NCBI GenBank assembly: GCA_964455555.1
Contig: CAYVXV010000002.1
Span: forward strand, 3,136-67,135
Origin: an uncultured Pseudomonadales bacterium
GTDB lineage: Bacteria; Patescibacteriota; Microgenomatia; UBA1400; PJMF01
Reading direction: 5' to 3'
Length of the DNA stretch: 64,000 nt
In this document: in pieces, positions 40,156 through 50,363 of the stretch
How positions within the stretch are numbered: the first letter of the stretch is position 1
Layout: each line of letters starts with the position of its first letter
Translations under genes and position numbers: made by a program
Notes under the pieces: model-generated
What the model saw: only the letters and a program-made list of their open reading frames with translations
Told to the model about the DNA's origin: nothing
Databases searched by the model: none

Positions 40156-41367
40156 TTAAACTGTAAATCGGCCGTCTTTATAGATGACCACTTTTCCGCC
40201 GTCTCCTGCTGTGGCTGTAACCACTCTGTCAGTGGTGCTGACTATATCTGTGTGAACAGGCGAGTTGTTGTATCCCATCTCTTCCCACTCCTGGCTGGTT
40301 ACTTTAGATATATCACCTTTGTAGCAATCTTTATATGCCATTCCCAAGGCTATGTGAGTGTTTCCGTAAGGTCCGCCGATGTTTTCATCAAAGAGTGTTT
40401 CAGCCATTACATGGGTGATGCGAGAGAAACGCTTGTCAGTCAAAGAAAATTCACCAATTTTGTTGGCATTTTCTGATTGAATCATCGTTTTGAGCACATC
40501 TTCGCCTGAAGAGGCCCTGGATTCAGTAATCAAGCCATTTTCAAATTTTAGTTCAATATTTTTGATGATGTTTCCAAATCGGTAGAGCGGTTGATTAAAA
40601 CGGATCCAACCTTTGGTTCCGCGCCAGTTTGGTGAAGTAAAATGCTCAAAACTTGGAATGTTGCTGCCGCTACCTGTTTTCCATGAGCGGTCTTTGCCTA
40701 TAGTAATGTGAAGGTCAGCATCATTTCCCTCGATATGTACATCCTGTATTTCAAGTCCATTAAGTCTTTCTTGGATTTCACGCTGCTTCTTTGCCAGTGA
40801 GCGCCACTCTGCAATCGGATCGTCTTTGTCCAGGAAGCAAGCCTTAATTATCTGTTCCCAGTATTCTTGGATGGGCAAACCGACAACTGCAGCTTTGGCA
40901 GCAGTGCCCCAAAGGGCTGCGGTCCAGCTAAACTTACCCTGAGCCTCCTTCTCAAAAAGCCACTCCCTGAAAGGGTATTGTGAATTTCTGGAAAGCATTA
41001 TTTTTTTTGAATCGATTCCCCTGAGTTCCTCCGGATCGACCTCAGCGATAATACCAATAGTATGGTCAAGAAGGTCAGCTCTTCCTCTAAGGTACTTTTC
41101 CGGGAAAAAGGTGAGCTGGTCTTCTGAAGCTAATTCATAATAATCGCGGCTAAACATGGTAGGGGAGAGCCGTATCATTGGATGGCCGCCGGCCTTTAGA
41201 ATGGCATTTTGAAGCTCAAGCGCAAGAGGTTTGGCAACGTCAGGGACCATACACTGCACTACCTCTCCCTTTTTTAAGCCTTTGCCGGAATTGAGGGCAT
41301 AGTTGACCAAAACGTCGGCGTATTTCACTAAAATGTCTTTAGATGGCAAATATGAATCAGTTATCAT
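40156..41367 (-). CDS. Aminopeptidase, M29 family (AmpS/PepS-like)
   Basis: Thermophilic metalloprotease M29 N-terminal signature (LVNYALN...KGE.V) and length. Confidence 0.65.
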   Translation of the reverse strand: MITDSYLPSKDILVKYADVLVNYALNSGKGLKKGEVVQCMVPDVAKPLALELQNAILKAGGHPMIRLSPTMFSRDYYELASEDQLTFFPEKYLRGRADLLDHTIGIIAEVDPEELRGIDSKKIMLSRNSQYPFREWLFEKEAQGKFSWTAALWGTAAKAAVVGLPIQEYWEQIIKACFLDKDDPIAEWRSLAKKQREIQERLNGLEIQDVHIEGNDADLHITIGKDRSWKTGSGSNIPSFEHFTSPNWRGTKGWIRFNQPLYRFGNIIKNIELKFENGLITESRASSGEDVLKTMIQSENANKIGEFSLTDKRFSRITHVMAETLFDENIGGPYGNTHIALGMAYKDCYKGDISKVTSQEWEEMGYNNSPVHTDIVSTTDRVVTATAGDGGKVVIYKDGRFTV

Positions 41368-41372
41368 GTAAA

Positions 41373-41963
41373 TTAGATTCTATTAGAATTAAGTAAGTAC
41401 TGTTTGAACTTTGTAAAGGCTTTGTATCGGTGAGACAGCTGGTTTTTGGTGTCAACTCCTAGCTCGGCAAATGTTTTTGAATAACCGTCAGGAATAAAAA
41501 TCGGATCATAGCCAAAGCCTTCATCCCCCATTGGCTCTAGCGCTATTGTGCCGGAAACAACGCCTTCAAAGAACTCGGTCGTGTTAGTTTCAGGATCAAA
41601 AAAGCACACAACTGTAATAAATTCAGCACTGCGATCAGTGACACCCTCCATCCTTTTTAATAATGCTTCGTTTCTATCGTGATCCGTCCCATCGTGCCAC
41701 CTAGCACTTGCCACTCCAGGCTCTCCGTTGAGGGCAGCAACACTTAAGCCTGAATCATCTGCCAGGCTTGGCAACAAGGTAGTTTCAGAAAAAGCCAAAG
41801 CTTTTAGATGAGCATTTTCATGGAATGTATCACCGGTTTCAGGAACATCAAGATTGGGTACTTCATCATCATTGCTCGTCAGCAATTCAAGATTGCTTGA
41901 TTCGAACAATTTTTGTAGCTCATTGATTTTTCCCTGATTTGTACTTGCAAACACCAGCCTCAT
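41373..41963 (-). CDS. rdgB: Non-canonical purine NTP pyrophosphatase (Ham1/RdgB)
   Basis: MRLVFASTNQGKINEL...; FGYDPIF motif. Confidence 0.8.
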   Translation of the reverse strand: MRLVFASTNQGKINELQKLFESSNLELLTSNDDEVPNLDVPETGDTFHENAHLKALAFSETTLLPSLADDSGLSVAALNGEPGVASARWHDGTDHDRNEALLKRMEGVTDRSAEFITVVCFFDPETNTTEFFEGVVSGTIALEPMGDEGFGYDPIFIPDGYSKTFAELGVDTKNQLSHRYKAFTKFKQYLLNSNRI

Positions 41964-41969
41964 CAGCGT

Positions 41970-42275
41970 TTAGCTCCCTTGAAGCAGCCCTCCAAGTCCT
42001 CCAGTCATGTTCTGCAGTTTTTTAGCTGCCAATTCTTGGGATTTTTTAATGGCCTCATTAAGAACATCAACAGCTTCGTCGCTTGTTACGCCCTGAACAG
42101 AAAAGTGTTTTATTTTTTGGTCACCTGAGATTATCACAACAACATCATCTCGCTCAATTCTGATTTCTTCAGCAGAAAGTTCATCCTGCATTTGTTTTGC
42201 CTGTTTTCTAAGCTGGTTTAGATCACCTAGTGACTTAAATGGATTTGCCATGCTTACCTTTCTTAAAATTATCAA
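41970..42275 (-). CDS. ybaB: Nucleoid-associated protein YbaB/EbfC
   Basis: ~100 aa, LGDLNQLRKQAKQMQ...GGL C-terminal tail, downstream of dnaX as usual. Confidence 0.8.
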   Translation of the reverse strand: MIILRKVSMANPFKSLGDLNQLRKQAKQMQDELSAEEIRIERDDVVVIISGDQKIKHFSVQGVTSDEAVDVLNEAIKKSQELAAKKLQNMTGGLGGLLQGS

Positions 42276-42305
42276 AGACTGATTTCTTAATACTTTACAA
42301 TTGTA

Positions 42306-43892
42306 CTACATGAGAGCTTCGGTTGCTACTTGGGCTAACTCAGGTATTTCCTGGTTATTATCTCCGGGTTCAGAAAGATCGGCTGTGAGAGGCGGTTCAG
42401 TCAGAGTAACAGTGAAATCCACATATCCTCCACAAATTTCTTCAATCGGACCTCTTGCCATTTGAAGAAATTTGCCATGAGCCAGCTGTTCTTGATGAAA
42501 CTTGTAATAGACACTGACCTCTACCTCTCCGGAGCTGCCTGAAAGCGGCTTGGCGGAGCGCAGCAGGGCTGCGAAGGTAGTGTTTTTTTCATTTACCTTA
42601 TCAATAAAAAGCTCCCATTGCCTGCACAAGAGTTCGCCGTTGCCGGTTTTGGAGGCCGTCTCTTTTCTATCCGACTTGGGCATCGCTTCCCGGACAGTGT
42701 CTTGCTTCTTGGATAGAGGCGGAGTAATCAATTCAGCCAATACTTTTATTTTTGAGTCATTTTTTGCTTTTTTTTTACTGGTTGGTGCTGATGTTTTTTT
42801 CTGATTATTGCCATTGTTTTTTTTAGCCCTGCCAATAATGTCCAAGAACTTAAGTTCTAGAGGAAGGTGGGGGATTGGAGTGGGCAAACCCAGATCAACC
42901 TGATAAACCTCGGTAAGAAGAAATCGGATAACCGGCTCAGCAGCAAAGGCTTTGCCCTCGATAATGCCATAACTTATCAGCAGGTGCTCATGTAAAACCT
43001 CAGCCACTCTTTTATGCAAATATTTTGAATCAACAGCCTGCTCCCGAAAACTGTTAAATATTGCAGAAACCTCTGCAGGCTCCTTTCTGATTACGGCATC
43101 AAGTACAGCTAAAACATCGTCAGTCAGCAGAGAGCGGGCAAATTTGTTTACTTCTTCTACGGTGACGGTACCATTTTGTGCAGCTAGCTCCAATAATTTA
43201 ATCGCATCCCGAAAACTGCCGTCGGCTTTTGAAGCGATCAGTTGAAGAGCTTCATCCTCAAACTTTATTTTCTCTTTTTTCAGCACTTCTTCCAAAGCAG
43301 AGACAATTTCTGCATCTGATGCCTGCTGAAAATGAATTACCTGGCAGCGGGATAAAATCGTTGCAGGTATTTTATGAAGTTCAGTAGTAGCCAAAATAAA
43401 GACTGCGTGAGCTGGCGGCTCTTCCAGAAGCTTAAGCAACGCATTAAATGCCTCGGTGGTAAGCATATGTGCTTCGTCAAGGATGTAGACGGTCATCTTG
43501 CCTTCTTGAGGAGGAAGCATCACCCTTTCTTTAAGGGCTCTGACATCATCGATGCCTCTGTTGCTAGCAGCATCCATTTCTTGCACAACGAATGAGTTTC
43601 CAGAGAGGATTTTTTCCGCCAGAGGAGAAACTTTATCTAAGTCCTTTAATTCTCGCGGCTTGGATTTAGCCTGATTAAAAAACAGATTGTCCACGGCAGC
43701 TTCATTGTCAGGATCATTTAAGACAGCGCCAAGGATTCTGGAGGTTGAGGTCTTTCCTGTGCCTTTTGGGCCGGCAAACAGAAGTGCCTGAGAAATGCTA
43801 CCTTTCTGCATGAGATTCTCAAGCTGCTCGCGGACACGAACCAGGTGTAGTCCTGAGATTTGGTAGGGCCTGTGTTTTCTGTTCCAAGACAT
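42306..43892 (-). CDS. dnaX: DNA polymerase III subunit gamma/tau
   Basis: AAA+ Walker A GPKGTGKTS, Walker B ILDEAHML, sensor motifs; Lys-rich linker. Confidence 0.85.
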   Translation of the reverse strand: MSWNRKHRPYQISGLHLVRVREQLENLMQKGSISQALLFAGPKGTGKTSTSRILGAVLNDPDNEAAVDNLFFNQAKSKPRELKDLDKVSPLAEKILSGNSFVVQEMDAASNRGIDDVRALKERVMLPPQEGKMTVYILDEAHMLTTEAFNALLKLLEEPPAHAVFILATTELHKIPATILSRCQVIHFQQASDAEIVSALEEVLKKEKIKFEDEALQLIASKADGSFRDAIKLLELAAQNGTVTVEEVNKFARSLLTDDVLAVLDAVIRKEPAEVSAIFNSFREQAVDSKYLHKRVAEVLHEHLLISYGIIEGKAFAAEPVIRFLLTEVYQVDLGLPTPIPHLPLELKFLDIIGRAKKNNGNNQKKTSAPTSKKKAKNDSKIKVLAELITPPLSKKQDTVREAMPKSDRKETASKTGNGELLCRQWELFIDKVNEKNTTFAALLRSAKPLSGSSGEVEVSVYYKFHQEQLAHGKFLQMARGPIEEICGGYVDFTVTLTEPPLTADLSEPGDNNQEIPELAQVATEALM

Positions 43893-43894
43893 AA

Positions 43895-44284
43895 TTAGTC
43901 GTGATGATAGCCTAGCAGATGCAATAGGCCATGTTCAAGGTAAAAGCAAATCTGGTCGTCAACCATTTTGCCGTATCTTTTGGCGGTGGAAACAGCAGCG
44001 GGAAAGCTGATGACTACGTCACCCAAATGAGGTGGAATGCCCTCGGGAAGAGGGAAGTCATTGAGTTCATGTTTTTGGTGCTGAGGAAAGGATAAAACAT
44101 CAGTTTCACCCTTGTGTTGTAATTTGCCTTCATTCAGCTCTTTAATTTTTCTTGAACCAACTACAGATACATCCACTTGTGCATGAGAAATATTGTGCGA
44201 CACAAGAAATTCTTTAACGGCATTGCGAAGTTTTTTTCTGTCGACTGGATATCTTGATCCCACAGATAGATTGATTGTAATCAT
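43895..44284 (-). CDS. ybeY: rRNA maturation endoribonuclease YbeY
   Basis: HxxxHxxGxxH-type motif HGLLHLLGYHHD. Confidence 0.8.
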   Translation of the reverse strand: MITINLSVGSRYPVDRKKLRNAVKEFLVSHNISHAQVDVSVVGSRKIKELNEGKLQHKGETDVLSFPQHQKHELNDFPLPEGIPPHLGDVVISFPAAVSTAKRYGKMVDDQICFYLEHGLLHLLGYHHD

Positions 44285-44334
44285 TGTATGTGTACTCTAC
44301 AAAGACTTTAGGTGCCTGTAAAGACCTCGCTCAA

Positions 44335-44712
44335 CTAATCAATATTGATGTTTTTATTAGGCCGGCTTTTTAAAGCTGACCTAATAGACAATAATGTTCG
44401 CTCTATGGTCTCAGCAATTAATTGAGGTCCGGTTTCTGCTTTTAATGTCAACCATTCGAGCGGGTGTTCCGTCAGATACTGGTCTCGTAAAATTTCAAGA
44501 AATTCTATTGAATCAGTCTCGTTTTTCAGCTGCGCCAGTGATGCTTGCAGTGCTTGATAATCAAGAATTTCTACTAAGATGTTCATTGCAGTTTCCCATT
44601 CTTCGTTAGGGATTAGCTCAAAAATTTCATCCAGCAAGTTCTGTGGAACAAAGTTCCCATAATAGGTCTTCAACATAGATTGGTGGGCGGGATAATTATG
44701 GTAAGCGGTCAT
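44335..44712 (-). CDS. Hypothetical protein (125 aa)
   Basis: ORF in operon between gltX and ybeY. Confidence 0.4.
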   Translation of the reverse strand: MTAYHNYPAHQSMLKTYYGNFVPQNLLDEIFELIPNEEWETAMNILVEILDYQALQASLAQLKNETDSIEFLEILRDQYLTEHPLEWLTLKAETGPQLIAETIERTLLSIRSALKSRPNKNINID

Positions 44713-44715
44713 ATT

Positions 44716-45570
44716 TTAGGTAAAAAGGCTGATTGGACCTAGAGCTACTTTATTATCAGGATCATCTACAAACAACAACAACACTCTTCCTTGGCAATTT
44801 TGACTCCATGCCATGGTGTTGCGGATTATCTCAGGCGATCCGACGCTCTGATATTGCATGATGGTTTTAGGCCCAATATTTGCCACCGATCCTACTGCAG
44901 CGCGCATGTCATAAGGGTTGACAACTATTACCTTCCGCCTAAAATACCAGCCCTCAAGGGCTTTATAATTATTGTTCCAGTCATCTAGATAATGCAGGGG
45001 TAGAGCCAGATAAAATTGCTCCAAAGCTTGAGCCTCGTCGGTTAGGTTTCCGTTTTCTGTTAACCAGCCAAAGGCTCCCCTGCGGTTGAGCATGCCAGCC
45101 TCAGGGTTATTCTGATGGAGGCTGAGCTCATCGCTTGGGAATCTTTTTAAATGGCTTCCGGACATTATCCTGGAGGAGACGAACGGCATCTTAAAGCCAT
45201 CTAGCTCTGCTGCAACGCTGAGGCCAAGGAGGTCTCCTAATTGTTGTTCAAGGTATAGCAATTGGTTTCTGTCAGTGTTTTCATGGGGAGATTCGGAAAA
45301 TTGCCTTAGTTTGCCGACGATTTCTCTTTTTTCTTCCAATGTAATCGAGTCAACTAGCGGATTACTTTGCTCAGAAGCCAGTTTTGATTGAACAGCGGAA
45401 GCCACACTTTCACTCTCAGATATTTCTCCTGATTGCCTAAGTTTTTGAGGAGTTAATTTTAAATTATTAAGCCAATCAGCAGCTTTAGGATGGTTTTTAA
45501 AAATACTCTCCTGCGACTCCATCAAAAAGTTTTGCAGTATATCTAGTTGCTGTGATTTGTCGGCAGGCAT
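44716..45570 (-). CDS. Hypothetical protein (284 aa)
   Basis: ORF 6 nt downstream of gltX stop; no motif recognised. Confidence 0.45.
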   Translation of the reverse strand: MPADKSQQLDILQNFLMESQESIFKNHPKAADWLNNLKLTPQKLRQSGEISESESVASAVQSKLASEQSNPLVDSITLEEKREIVGKLRQFSESPHENTDRNQLLYLEQQLGDLLGLSVAAELDGFKMPFVSSRIMSGSHLKRFPSDELSLHQNNPEAGMLNRRGAFGWLTENGNLTDEAQALEQFYLALPLHYLDDWNNNYKALEGWYFRRKVIVVNPYDMRAAVGSVANIGPKTIMQYQSVGSPEIIRNTMAWSQNCQGRVLLLFVDDPDNKVALGPISLFT

Positions 45571-45576
45571 AATTAT

Positions 45577-47013
45577 TTAAAGATTGCCAATTGGTGTTGC
45601 TAAGCGCGCTAAAACAATATTTTTTCCCATAACCTCAAGTGTGTCAAAAAGAGGCGGTGTTGCCTTCTTTCCGGTGGCTGCGATTCTAAGCATCATAAAA
45701 TACTGGCCTCGGTGCCATTCCTTGCTCTCCTGAAGCTCTCGTATGGCGCGCTCTATATTTTCAGTAGTCCACTCAGTCAGGTTGCTGAGTGAATCGATTG
45801 TGGATTTAAGCTGCATTTCTACCAGCGTTTTATCTGCTTTTTTTAGGAGAAGAGAATAATCAAACTCAATTTCTCTGTAGAAGAAATCAGTCAGTTGTTC
45901 AATATCAGCCAAAGTAACTAGCCGCTCCGAGATTAGCGGCAAAATCTTGTCTAAAAGGTTATGAGGAAAGTCGCTGGGAAGAAATGGGCTGATCCGTTCC
46001 CTTAGCTCTTCGTGAGAAAGCTTTCTGATATAAATACCATTAATCCAATCCAATTTTTTCAGATCAAAAACAACAGATTTAGTGCTGACATCACTAGGGT
46101 CAAACTCTTGTATATATCTTGACAGAGTCATAACCTCTTCCTCATCTTCAGGAGCCCAGCCCAGAATCATTAGGAAATTAAGCAGGGCGTCCGGAAGGTA
46201 TCCTCTGTCTAGGAATGATTGCACCGAGACTGCCCCCTTTCGTTTGCTCATTTTTCCTTTGCCATCCGGATTTAAATAAACCGGGAAGTGAGCAAAGACA
46301 GGATGCTTCCAGCCGAATGCTTCGTATAAGAGTATATGCTTAGGAACTGAGCTAATCCACTCTTCACCCCTAAAAACATGTGTAATCTCCATGGCTTCAT
46401 CATCAACCACTACTGCTAGATGATAGGTGGGAAAGCCATCGGACTTTAAAAGCACTTGGTCATCAACTGTATCTGAGTTGAAAGTAATTTCCCCACGGAG
46501 CAGGTCATTAAAAGCTAATTCCTGATTTTCCGGAACAAGCAGTCTAATAACATGCGATTCACCGTCAGCAGCTCTCTTGGCAGCTTCTTTTGGTGAAATA
46601 GACCGGCATTTTCTGTCATATTTTGGCGGTTTTTTGTCAGCAATCATCTGCTCGCGAACTTGCTCGAGGCGCTCTTTGGAGCAGAAACAGTAATATGCCT
46701 TGCCTGCTTTGACCAGTTCATCTGCTTTTTCTTGGTACAGAGGTAGTCTCTCCGACTGAATGTAAGGACCGTTTGGCCCGCTAATATCAGGCCCTTCATC
46801 CCAAATGAGTCCAAAGAGCTGAAAAATTTCTTTAATTCTATCCAGCGCGCCCTCAACTTCCCTTTCCTGATCTGTATCTTCAATTCTAAGAACAAAGTGG
46901 CCGTTGTTTTTCTTTGCCCAAGCAAAATCTTTTAGGGCTATAGCTAGCGATCCAACATGGAGTTCTCCCGTTGGGCTTGGTGCCATTCGAGTTTTTATAA
47001 GCTTATGTTTCAT
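45577..47013 (-). CDS. gltX: Glutamyl-tRNA synthetase
   Basis: HIGH region PSPTGELHVGS, KMSKRKG. Confidence 0.85.
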   Translation of the reverse strand: MKHKLIKTRMAPSPTGELHVGSLAIALKDFAWAKKNNGHFVLRIEDTDQEREVEGALDRIKEIFQLFGLIWDEGPDISGPNGPYIQSERLPLYQEKADELVKAGKAYYCFCSKERLEQVREQMIADKKPPKYDRKCRSISPKEAAKRAADGESHVIRLLVPENQELAFNDLLRGEITFNSDTVDDQVLLKSDGFPTYHLAVVVDDEAMEITHVFRGEEWISSVPKHILLYEAFGWKHPVFAHFPVYLNPDGKGKMSKRKGAVSVQSFLDRGYLPDALLNFLMILGWAPEDEEEVMTLSRYIQEFDPSDVSTKSVVFDLKKLDWINGIYIRKLSHEELRERISPFLPSDFPHNLLDKILPLISERLVTLADIEQLTDFFYREIEFDYSLLLKKADKTLVEMQLKSTIDSLSNLTEWTTENIERAIRELQESKEWHRGQYFMMLRIAATGKKATPPLFDTLEVMGKNIVLARLATPIGNL

Positions 47014-47048
47014 GATCTGGAGAAATTATAACACTTGTTGAAGGGCAA

Positions 47049-48116
47049 TTACTGTAAAAATTTGGAATCAACCGCCGGTACATATCCCATAAAACCATCA
47101 TCACCTTCGAAGACAAAAATAGGCTGCAGGTACTGTTGCTCCTCAAAGGAATCATAGTAGCCAAGTTCAATTGTCCGAATTACAGCTTCAGTGCCACTGC
47201 CCGGATTGACTATAAACCCTTCTCCAGCTTGCAAAACCTTCCAGGCCTCATTGGCGGTTTTGATTGGATAAGTATGAACTTGGTCGTAATCTACTTTGTA
47301 GTGGAAGAAGTCCAGGGAAACAATGGAGTTATTGCCGCTGAGAGCACCTGAAATGATAGCACTGATCGTTCCCTTGTAACCTTCAGGTGTAAAAATATTA
47401 AATCTGGAGTCGATGGCTGTTCTGGTTATATCGACCTGGAGAAACTCAGCATCTGATACAGAAACTGCTTCTGTTAATTCACCTCCAAGCGATTTTAAGG
47501 GAGTTATTTGCCCGGATGCAGTAGCAGTATCACTTGGCAGCAGGTTTGATCTGTTCAAAAATGATTTAACTCGTTCAACAGCTTCAAAGCTGCTGGGCAA
47601 AGTTACATTCAAGAGAAGTTCGGGGCGGCTTTGATAATTAGTGCTGTATGAAAATGCATGATTTCTAATATCAAGTTCAAAAGTTGTCAGGAGGGGTTCG
47701 CTTCGGGACCAGCGGTATGTTCTGGCATCAAGTACCTCTGGACTGGATGAAAAACCATAGTTAGATGCAATCTTTTTAGCCTCATCATCTGCCAATAGGC
47801 TGGCTGCTTGCGCAGGCATGAAAAACACTTTGGCCCTGTCACCAAAATCCGGCGTCCTACCGCTGGCAGTTTCCAGTTTGTATGAAGCAGGTTTGTCCGA
47901 GCTTATAGGGAAAACAATTGATGGTAGCACCCCGAAACCGACAGTCGGAGGTGGTGGCGGAGGCGGATGGGTGGCGCGCCAGTAGGCAGTGAAGGCTCCT
48001 AGGGCAACACGGCCAACTATCATGGTGGCAAGCGCAATCGCCCCAAATTTCAGCGCTTGTCTACTAATGTAGTTTACGCTGGTTAAGGTGGGTCCAGAGG
48101 ATTCAGATGTAGCCAT
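47049..48116 (-). CDS. Membrane-anchored exported hypothetical protein with poly-Pro tract
   Basis: TM anchor near N-terminus, HPPPPPPPTVG. Confidence 0.45.
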   Translation of the reverse strand: MATSESSGPTLTSVNYISRQALKFGAIALATMIVGRVALGAFTAYWRATHPPPPPPPTVGFGVLPSIVFPISSDKPASYKLETASGRTPDFGDRAKVFFMPAQAASLLADDEAKKIASNYGFSSSPEVLDARTYRWSRSEPLLTTFELDIRNHAFSYSTNYQSRPELLLNVTLPSSFEAVERVKSFLNRSNLLPSDTATASGQITPLKSLGGELTEAVSVSDAEFLQVDITRTAIDSRFNIFTPEGYKGTISAIISGALSGNNSIVSLDFFHYKVDYDQVHTYPIKTANEAWKVLQAGEGFIVNPGSGTEAVIRTIELGYYDSFEEQQYLQPIFVFEGDDGFMGYVPAVDSKFLQ

Positions 48117-48198
48117 AAGGTCTTTATCTAGAACTTCTAAAACTATACTAGCAAGTTTTGCCTCAACTTAGAATAGCCTCCGCTAGTATAATTACGGT

Positions 48199-48858
48199 AT
48201 GCAGATCACAATTTTAACACTCTTTCCAGATTATTTTAAATCTCCCTTTGGAAGTTCAATGCTGAAAAGAGCTGTGGAAGACGGCCGTGTAAAATATGAA
48301 ATTGTAGATATTAGAGATTTCAGCACCGATAAACACAAAACCACAGATGACCGGCCTTTTGGCGGCGGTTCCGGCATGGTATTGATGGTGGAGCCGATTG
48401 ACCGTGCTTTAGAGCATTTGCGCAAGCAGACAGGTAAGAAAAAAATCATTCTGACCTCTGCCAAAGGAAAACTGTTCAATCAGCAGGCGGCCCAGGAATA
48501 TAGTGAATTAGACCATCTGGTTATAGTTTGCGGCCATTATGAAGGAGTGGATGAGCGAGTTGCTGAGCATCTGGTTGATGAAGAAGTTAGAATCGGCAAT
48601 TATGTTTTAACCGGAGGAGAGCCTGCAGCTGCAGTAATTTCAGATGCGGTCACAAGGCTTTTGCCGGGTGTTTTAGGAAACGATAAGAGCATTGTGGGTG
48701 AGTCGCATGCAGAGCCCGGAGTATTTGGGTATCCGCAATTTACCAGGCCCCAAAACTACAAGGGTTGGGAGGTGCCTGAAATATTGCTCAGCGGAAATCA
48801 TAAGCAAATTAAGGAATGGCGGTCTGAAAAACGGCCAAAAACTGAGCCGGAATCATAG
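48199..48858 (+). CDS. trmD: tRNA (guanine37-N1)-methyltransferase
   Basis: MQITILTLFPDYF...GGGSGMVLMVEP consensus. Confidence 0.85.
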   Translation: MQITILTLFPDYFKSPFGSSMLKRAVEDGRVKYEIVDIRDFSTDKHKTTDDRPFGGGSGMVLMVEPIDRALEHLRKQTGKKKIILTSAKGKLFNQQAAQEYSELDHLVIVCGHYEGVDERVAEHLVDEEVRIGNYVLTGGEPAAAVISDAVTRLLPGVLGNDKSIVGESHAEPGVFGYPQFTRPQNYKGWEVPEILLSGNHKQIKEWRSEKRPKTEPES

Positions 48859-48860
48859 TG

Positions 48861-49733
48861 CTACCAGGTTAACTGAGCCACCGCCTCTTTTATTGGGGTA
48901 AATTCAAAGTCAACCTTTTCTTGAAGTTTGGCGCAGTTAAGTGCCGTATTTTTTTGATAGGGCCTATTTAGTGTTTTAAGATAGTCTTCAAGTTTTCCCT
49001 CTTTAACTTCCCCGTCTAAATTCAACGATTCTTTAATCGCTGTGGCAAATTCAAAATCGCTCCACATCTCGCCGCTTGAAGCATGATAGACGCCCGTTGC
49101 TTGCGTTCGAATCACCCAATCAAGCACCTTGGAAAAGTCAGGTAGGAAGGTTGGGCCGAAAAAGTGATCAACAAACTGAGGATAGAGCTGGTTGTTTAAG
49201 AAACCCTGGACAATTCTATGAGCCGTATCAGTTTTTGCAAATGGGTCCGGCCGGAAAGGTTGGTCAATTCTAAGAATGGTCCAGTCAATCTCAGATTTCT
49301 CTACAACTTCTTCTGCTTTTGCTTTTGTATAGCCATACCATTCAATCGGATTCCTCTCATCCGACTCTTGATACATATCGGGATTTTCGCCATCGAAGAC
49401 GTATGCAGTGGAAATATGAATTAAATGTTTGCCCGTAGCTGAGGCAGCCTTGACTACATTTTCTGTGCCATCAACGTTAATTTTATAAGCTAAGCCATCT
49501 TTGTTATCACGCTCCTCCCAAGCCCTAGTTACATCCGTGAAGGCGGCAAGGTGAACAATACTTTTTGCTTCCGATCGCTCAAAAGCCCGGATCACACTCT
49601 CATAGTTAGTGATATCAACCGGATTATCCGGGTTGGAGATATCGCATTGGTCAAAGGAGTAGGTGGAGCCGAAGTCCATCATAAACCTTGTCCCAACTAA
49701 CCCATTCGAACCGGTAATTAAAAGCTTGTTCAT
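48861..49733 (-). CDS. rmlD: dTDP-4-dehydrorhamnose reductase-like (RmlD substrate-binding domain)
   Basis: LLITGSNGLVG Rossmann; length and cluster context with rmlB/rmlC. Confidence 0.6.
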   Translation of the reverse strand: MNKLLITGSNGLVGTRFMMDFGSTYSFDQCDISNPDNPVDITNYESVIRAFERSEAKSIVHLAAFTDVTRAWEERDNKDGLAYKINVDGTENVVKAASATGKHLIHISTAYVFDGENPDMYQESDERNPIEWYGYTKAKAEEVVEKSEIDWTILRIDQPFRPDPFAKTDTAHRIVQGFLNNQLYPQFVDHFFGPTFLPDFSKVLDWVIRTQATGVYHASSGEMWSDFEFATAIKESLNLDGEVKEGKLEDYLKTLNRPYQKNTALNCAKLQEKVDFEFTPIKEAVAQLTW

Positions 49734-49748
49734 ATTATTCCTTGCCTT

Positions 49749-50354
49749 TTAAAATTTGTCTGGAAACATTTCTCTGAGGGTAATAGAGTTAAGGTCTCTA
49801 TCAGAGATAATCATTTCCTCTTTGGATATGGGCCAATTTACCTTCAGGGTGTCGTCAAATAGAGAAATAGCTTTGTCTCCGCCTGGATCCCTGTCTTTAT
49901 ATAGCATATCAACAGCATAAAGGTAATCAACAGGGCCGCTTATAACGCATAGCGAGTTGGCTATTCCCTCACTGATAAACAAAGAGCCTTGAAGAGCGTC
50001 TTCAGACTGTCCCAATATGAAAGTTTCTACTTGGCCAAAGGTCTCAGAATCAGGGCGAATGTCAGCTAAGGCAGCAAAGCAAGTACCGTGCAACACGGTA
50101 ACAAGCTTATTCCACCTTTCAGCATGAAAACCTCTTGCCACATTGTCCAAAGACCGGGCGTGGTTGAGTTGTTTGATGATAAAAGGCTTGCCGATGACTG
50201 ATTCTAATTCGGGTATCCTGGAAAGCTCGGTATAAAAACCCCTGTCATCATGAAATTTATGATTTTCAATAAAAAAGAGACCTTTAATACCGGTTTCATA
50301 GATACCATTATCAGCTTCACTAGAACTATCGGGAGTGTAGGCTATGCCGTTCAT
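49749..50354 (-). CDS. rmlC: dTDP-4-dehydrorhamnose 3,5-epimerase-like cupin
   Basis: RmlC-like cupin blocks (FIENHKFHDDRGFYTEL, ARGFHAE); cluster context. Confidence 0.55.
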   Translation of the reverse strand: MNGIAYTPDSSSEADNGIYETGIKGLFFIENHKFHDDRGFYTELSRIPELESVIGKPFIIKQLNHARSLDNVARGFHAERWNKLVTVLHGTCFAALADIRPDSETFGQVETFILGQSEDALQGSLFISEGIANSLCVISGPVDYLYAVDMLYKDRDPGGDKAISLFDDTLKVNWPISKEEMIISDRDLNSITLREMFPDKF

Positions 50355-50363
50355 TATTTCTCC

